Source of the DNA: Catajapyx aquilonaris
Lineage: Eukaryota
Direction of reading: 5' to 3'
Assembly (NCBI GenBank): GCA_000934665.2
Contig: KZ538703.1
Span: forward strand, 1 to 52,735
DNA: 52,735 nt
Shown piece after piece: positions 49,525-52,735 of the stretch (position 1 is the first letter of the stretch; the number at the start of each line of letters is the position of its first letter). Both the position numbers and the translations under genes were made by a program. The notes under the pieces were generated by a model. The model saw only the letters and a program-made list of their open reading frames with translations. It had not been told where the DNA came from and searched no databases.

Positions 49525-50521
49525 TAATTTTTTTAAAAATTCTAAGGCGCTGCTAATTGAAGGCATTTGTGGAGCACATGTGCAATGCAAACATAAACTG
49601 GAACAATCGGGTCACATACTGGCCAAAACGTTATTGGTTATAGTTTTATGTATATTATGAAAGTTTCTCTCTGCAGAGTGTACCAAGTGTTCCAATAATT
49701 GAAGTGTCAGTAATGGTTAGTAACTTTCGTACTAAGTACCATGAAATAAGTAGCAACTGTTACATTTATGCTTTTTTGTATAGCATGATTTCAGATGCAA
49801 ATTTCAACTAGTTTGTCTAACCCATTCGCACAATTTAGAATAAATTGATTTCACTTAAACGCACATTTAACCCCCTTGCAATTTCTGCAACTTGTTCACT
49901 TTAAGTGATGAACACCACCTGGAAGTTGGTTGAAGTTTGACATCACACGATTTTTAATGGTGTTAGAAAAGCCTTCTATACATTTCATCTGTTAGTAAGA
50001 CTATATTGTTAGTTACGATTTACTGATCGAGTAATGCAGCCAACTTACACAACTTTTCCTATAGTGTTGCTTCAACTTCCGATAATCCCTGTCGTACGTA
50101 TCTGGAGCATCTCATTCCTAATCCCAATTAAGTTGACCAGTTTGTTCCAGTTTTTCTTGCAACCAAGGCGTGACGGACCGTGACGTAAAACTCGGATACT
50201 CCCAGTGACCTAAATTTCCAAGATTAAACCGTGAGATTTATTGTGTGACATGTAATATATACACACGACAGTGAGCAAAAAAACACCTGAGACGTTTGGA
50301 GAGTCCAACGACGCCTTTGTCTTTTCCTGCCTCCCTCCCACACCTCCTCCGTCTCTCTCTCTCTCTCATTTGTGACGCCATTACTTTTAGTTCCTTCTGC
50401 TGTTACTCTAGTTGGTCCACAGTTGAACTAGGCGTGTTTTCTCTTGTCCAAACACGCGACACATAAAACGGGGAGAAGTCGGATCCATCGGTGAATCAAT
50501 GCGATGGAGATGAAGGCGTCT

Positions 50522-50524
<3 letters not shown>

Positions 50525-50567
<43 letters not shown>
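50525..50567. repeat. (CT)n microsatellite, about 21 units
   Basis: Read directly from the sequence. Confidence 0.95.
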
Positions 50568-50569
<2 letters not shown>

Positions 50570-50862
50570 CACCAGAAGAGGGAGGAACATGAATTATGCA
50601 TAACCGTAGACAAGTGCATCTGATGCAGCGGACTCCCCAAACTTGGGCCAATGGGAAGGTCTGGCTTGGTTCAAGGGGGGGAAAGGACACTGACTGGAAT
50701 CCGTAACGAAGAGAAGGGGACGCCGTTTTGCTCACTTCGCACCACGAAGAATCATCCGTCGTCGTCGTCGTCTCGTTACCTGCACTTTACCTAAGAGTTG
50801 GGGAGAGAAGAAACTGGGTTATGGACAGTGTGAAGCTCTAATTGCATATGTTGAATACGGTA

Positions 50863-51073
50863 TCTTCTTAACACGCTATTTTTTTCCGTCGGATGTTTGT
50901 CCGACCTGATAGTTTCACTATCTCCCGCACGACTTGAGAGTGGCAGGATTGTGCAGAGGAAGGGTACGCCATCTATGAGCGAACAATAATACTACATGGT
51001 AAATCCACCGCCGTACGCATATGTATATCAGGTCGGTCAAACATCAGACGGAGAGAAATAGCGTATTAGAAGA
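50863..51073. mobile_element. About 210-bp MITE with about 48-bp terminal inverted repeats
   Basis: tcttcttaacacgctatttttttccgtcggatgtttgtccgacctgata ... tatcaggtcggtcaaacatcagacggagagaaatagcgtattagaaga. Confidence 0.8.
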
Positions 51074-51120
51074 AAGGTAAGGGTTGCCAACTGTTGGCAA
51101 CCGATTCACTAAGGATGATC

Positions 51121-51262
51121 TTTATGAGCACAGTTCCGTTTCAACACTAAGTTTACTTTTGCAATGTTGCGAAGGTTCTGAGAAGTAAATGTGGCAACGT
51201 TGTTGTCGGAACAATGGACTTGCGCGAGTGTGGGTGCGCACTAGGTTGCGCTCGTAAAAATT
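51121..51262 (+). mobile_element. MITE family A, short deletion derivative
   Basis: Starts tttatgagcac and ends ttgcgcgagtgtgggtgcgcactaggttgcgctcgtaaaaa, nearly identical to 14217-14258. Confidence 0.75.
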
Positions 51263-51347
51263 CATTTTTAGTGGATACAGATGACAACATGAACTTGTTT
51301 GATTTAAAAATTACGGTCGACAACTCACTGTGTGCGTAATTTTCCAG

Positions 51348-51865
51348 AGGAGCATTCCCTGGTGGTGAGGTCGGATGGCGACGGCAGCGGGGCGGCGACG
51401 CAGCTGGCAGGCCCAGGGTCCAGCCCAGGGGCGGCCCCGTCTGTGCCGAGCAGCACGAGCCGAGGGGTGTTGAGGCGGACGAACCTGAGCCGCAGCCTGA
51501 CCAACAAGAAGCGTGTGATCCAGATGCTGTTTATGGTGGTGCTGGAGTTCTTCGTGTGCTGGACTCCCCTGTACGTGATAAACACCATCAGTCTCTTCGA
51601 CCCAAGGGCCGTCTACGAAGGGCTGGGCTACATGGCCATCAGCTTCTTCCAGCTCTTAGCCTACCTCTCCTCCTGCTGCAACCCAATCACCTACTGCTTC
51701 ATGAACTCCTCCTTCCGAAAGTCCTTCCTCAGGGCGTTCGGATGCAAGAAGTCAGGTGTCCTCTGGACCAGCCTCTACGGAGGACACTCCAACGCTGCTG
51801 CCACGAACAATGTCCAGCAGCAACAGCAGGCTACGGCCACGAGGAACACGAACAATCACTATTGA
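51348..51865 (+). CDS. CCKLR: Sulfakinin / CCK receptor-like GPCR, coding exon 4 (ICL3, TM6, TM7, C-tail)
   Basis: Acceptor aattttccAG ends at 51347, phase 1. KKRVIQMLFMVVLEFFVCWTPLYVINT (CWxP); FFQLLAYLSSCCNPITYCFMNSSFRKSFLRAFGC (NPxxY, helix 8, candidate palmitoylation Cys). TGA at 51863-51865. Confidence 0.9.
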
Positions 51866-52071
51866 GCAGGAGGAAGAGGAGGGCACAGCATCCTTGCTCC
51901 AGCGTCCTTCCATCCAGTCGTCCAGATGGCGCCCATCTTTCAAACGATTAAGATTATATCAATATTAGATGGAATCAATCTGTCCTCAAATTTTTGGAGG
52001 GGTCGTCCATTATGAATGCTTTTGGTGAGTGAGGGTATTAGTGTCCGAGAGACGAAAAGTTGCAGACCAAA

Positions 52072-52179
52072 TGTACTATATCGCTCAAAAAGATAGAGAC
52101 GATTGGCATTTGATACAAGTGCAAGTTGCACTTGAGTCAAATGCAAAATCGTCTCTATCTTTTTGAGCGATATAGTACA
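52072..52179. repeat. 108-bp near-perfect hairpin in the presumed 3' UTR of the GPCR (probably a TA-flanked MITE)
   Basis: tgtactatatcgctcaaaaagatagagacgatt.gcatttga..caagtgcaa g ttgcacttg..tcaaatgc.aatcgtctctatctttttgagcgatatagtaca. Confidence 0.92.
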
Positions 52180-52735
52180 CGTCAGATGGGAAATCAGCTG
52201 GTGGGAGGGTTAATTTATTGCATTAAATTTTCATAATATATTTTTTCTGCACTGAATGCGTCAGCTTTAACTTTAATAAAAATGAGTCACCTTTATTGCT
52301 TACTATCAATTTTATATAAAATGTCGTGATGTTTGCTTGTTTAAAGTTACACATTCAATCGTTCAATCAATATTCAATCATTCAATATATTCAACTTGAT
52401 GGCTTCGTGTAGGGGAGAAATCGAAGATAATGTTGCATTATCGCCTGCTTGTTAAAAAAATTATTACTGTAGTAGGGTCTAATTAAGTCAACATTATTTG
52501 CCTTAAAGGGACACTCCACTCAAAATACAAGTTGATCTGTAGAAATCAGGCAAAAAATCCTGATTCCGGTGATACCATCCGTTTATCTCTGAGACGAACG
52601 GTAATGTCAGGGGAAGAGACGAAAGTCGGAAAAATTCGAGGTCTGTTCGAGAGTGGCGCCGCCTGGCCACCTGGCCAAGTTAGGCGACGTTGGATAGAGC
52701 GCCGCCCTTCCCAACGGGCACTAGGGGAAGTTGGC

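Noticed and set aside
50620..50800. Possible extra ICL3 exon in intron 3
   Set aside because: No good polypyrimidine acceptor plus phase-1 donor pair was found, and exons 3 and 4 already join in frame.
52072..52179. SECIS element recoding the GPCR TGA as selenocysteine
   Set aside because: The stem is a near-perfect palindrome without the AUGA/GA quartet and apical AA loop.
52503..52735. TTAA-AGGGACA start resembling a Kolobok-type terminus; similar TTAA-bounded ends at 15020, 19270 and 43370
   Set aside because: Only single short ends are visible, with no matching partner TIR in the window.

Overview
Eukaryotic genomic DNA, most likely arthropod (inferred from a divergent ionotropic receptor, a sulfakinin/CCK-type receptor and TTAGG repeats). 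Two protein-coding genes are supported, lying head-to-head about 6.4 kb apart. (1) An intronless 655-aa divergent ionotropic receptor (IR, variant iGluR) on the minus strand, 573..2540. (2) A four-exon rhodopsin-class neuropeptide GPCR of the sulfakinin/cholecystokinin receptor family on the plus strand (8927..9308, 43081..43281, 49219..49407, 51348..51865; 1290 nt, 429 aa), with three phase-1 GT-AG introns, the first being 33.8 kb. The introns are rich in non-autonomous DNA transposon remnants: fold-back MITEs, a MITE nested in another with a 7-bp target duplication, a 338-bp near-perfect palindrome, Helitron-like ends, a possible LINE 3' relic and an interstitial (TTAGG)n tract. Nearly all other ORFs in the track look spurious. 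I see no CRISPR array, rRNA, tRNA or autonomous transposase, and no new biological system that I can claim with confidence. The best leads are coding-like sequence beyond the GPCR stop codon, inverted repeat copies flanking in-frame skippable exons, the long palindrome, and an excess of perfect CRE motifs. All alignments were made by eye.
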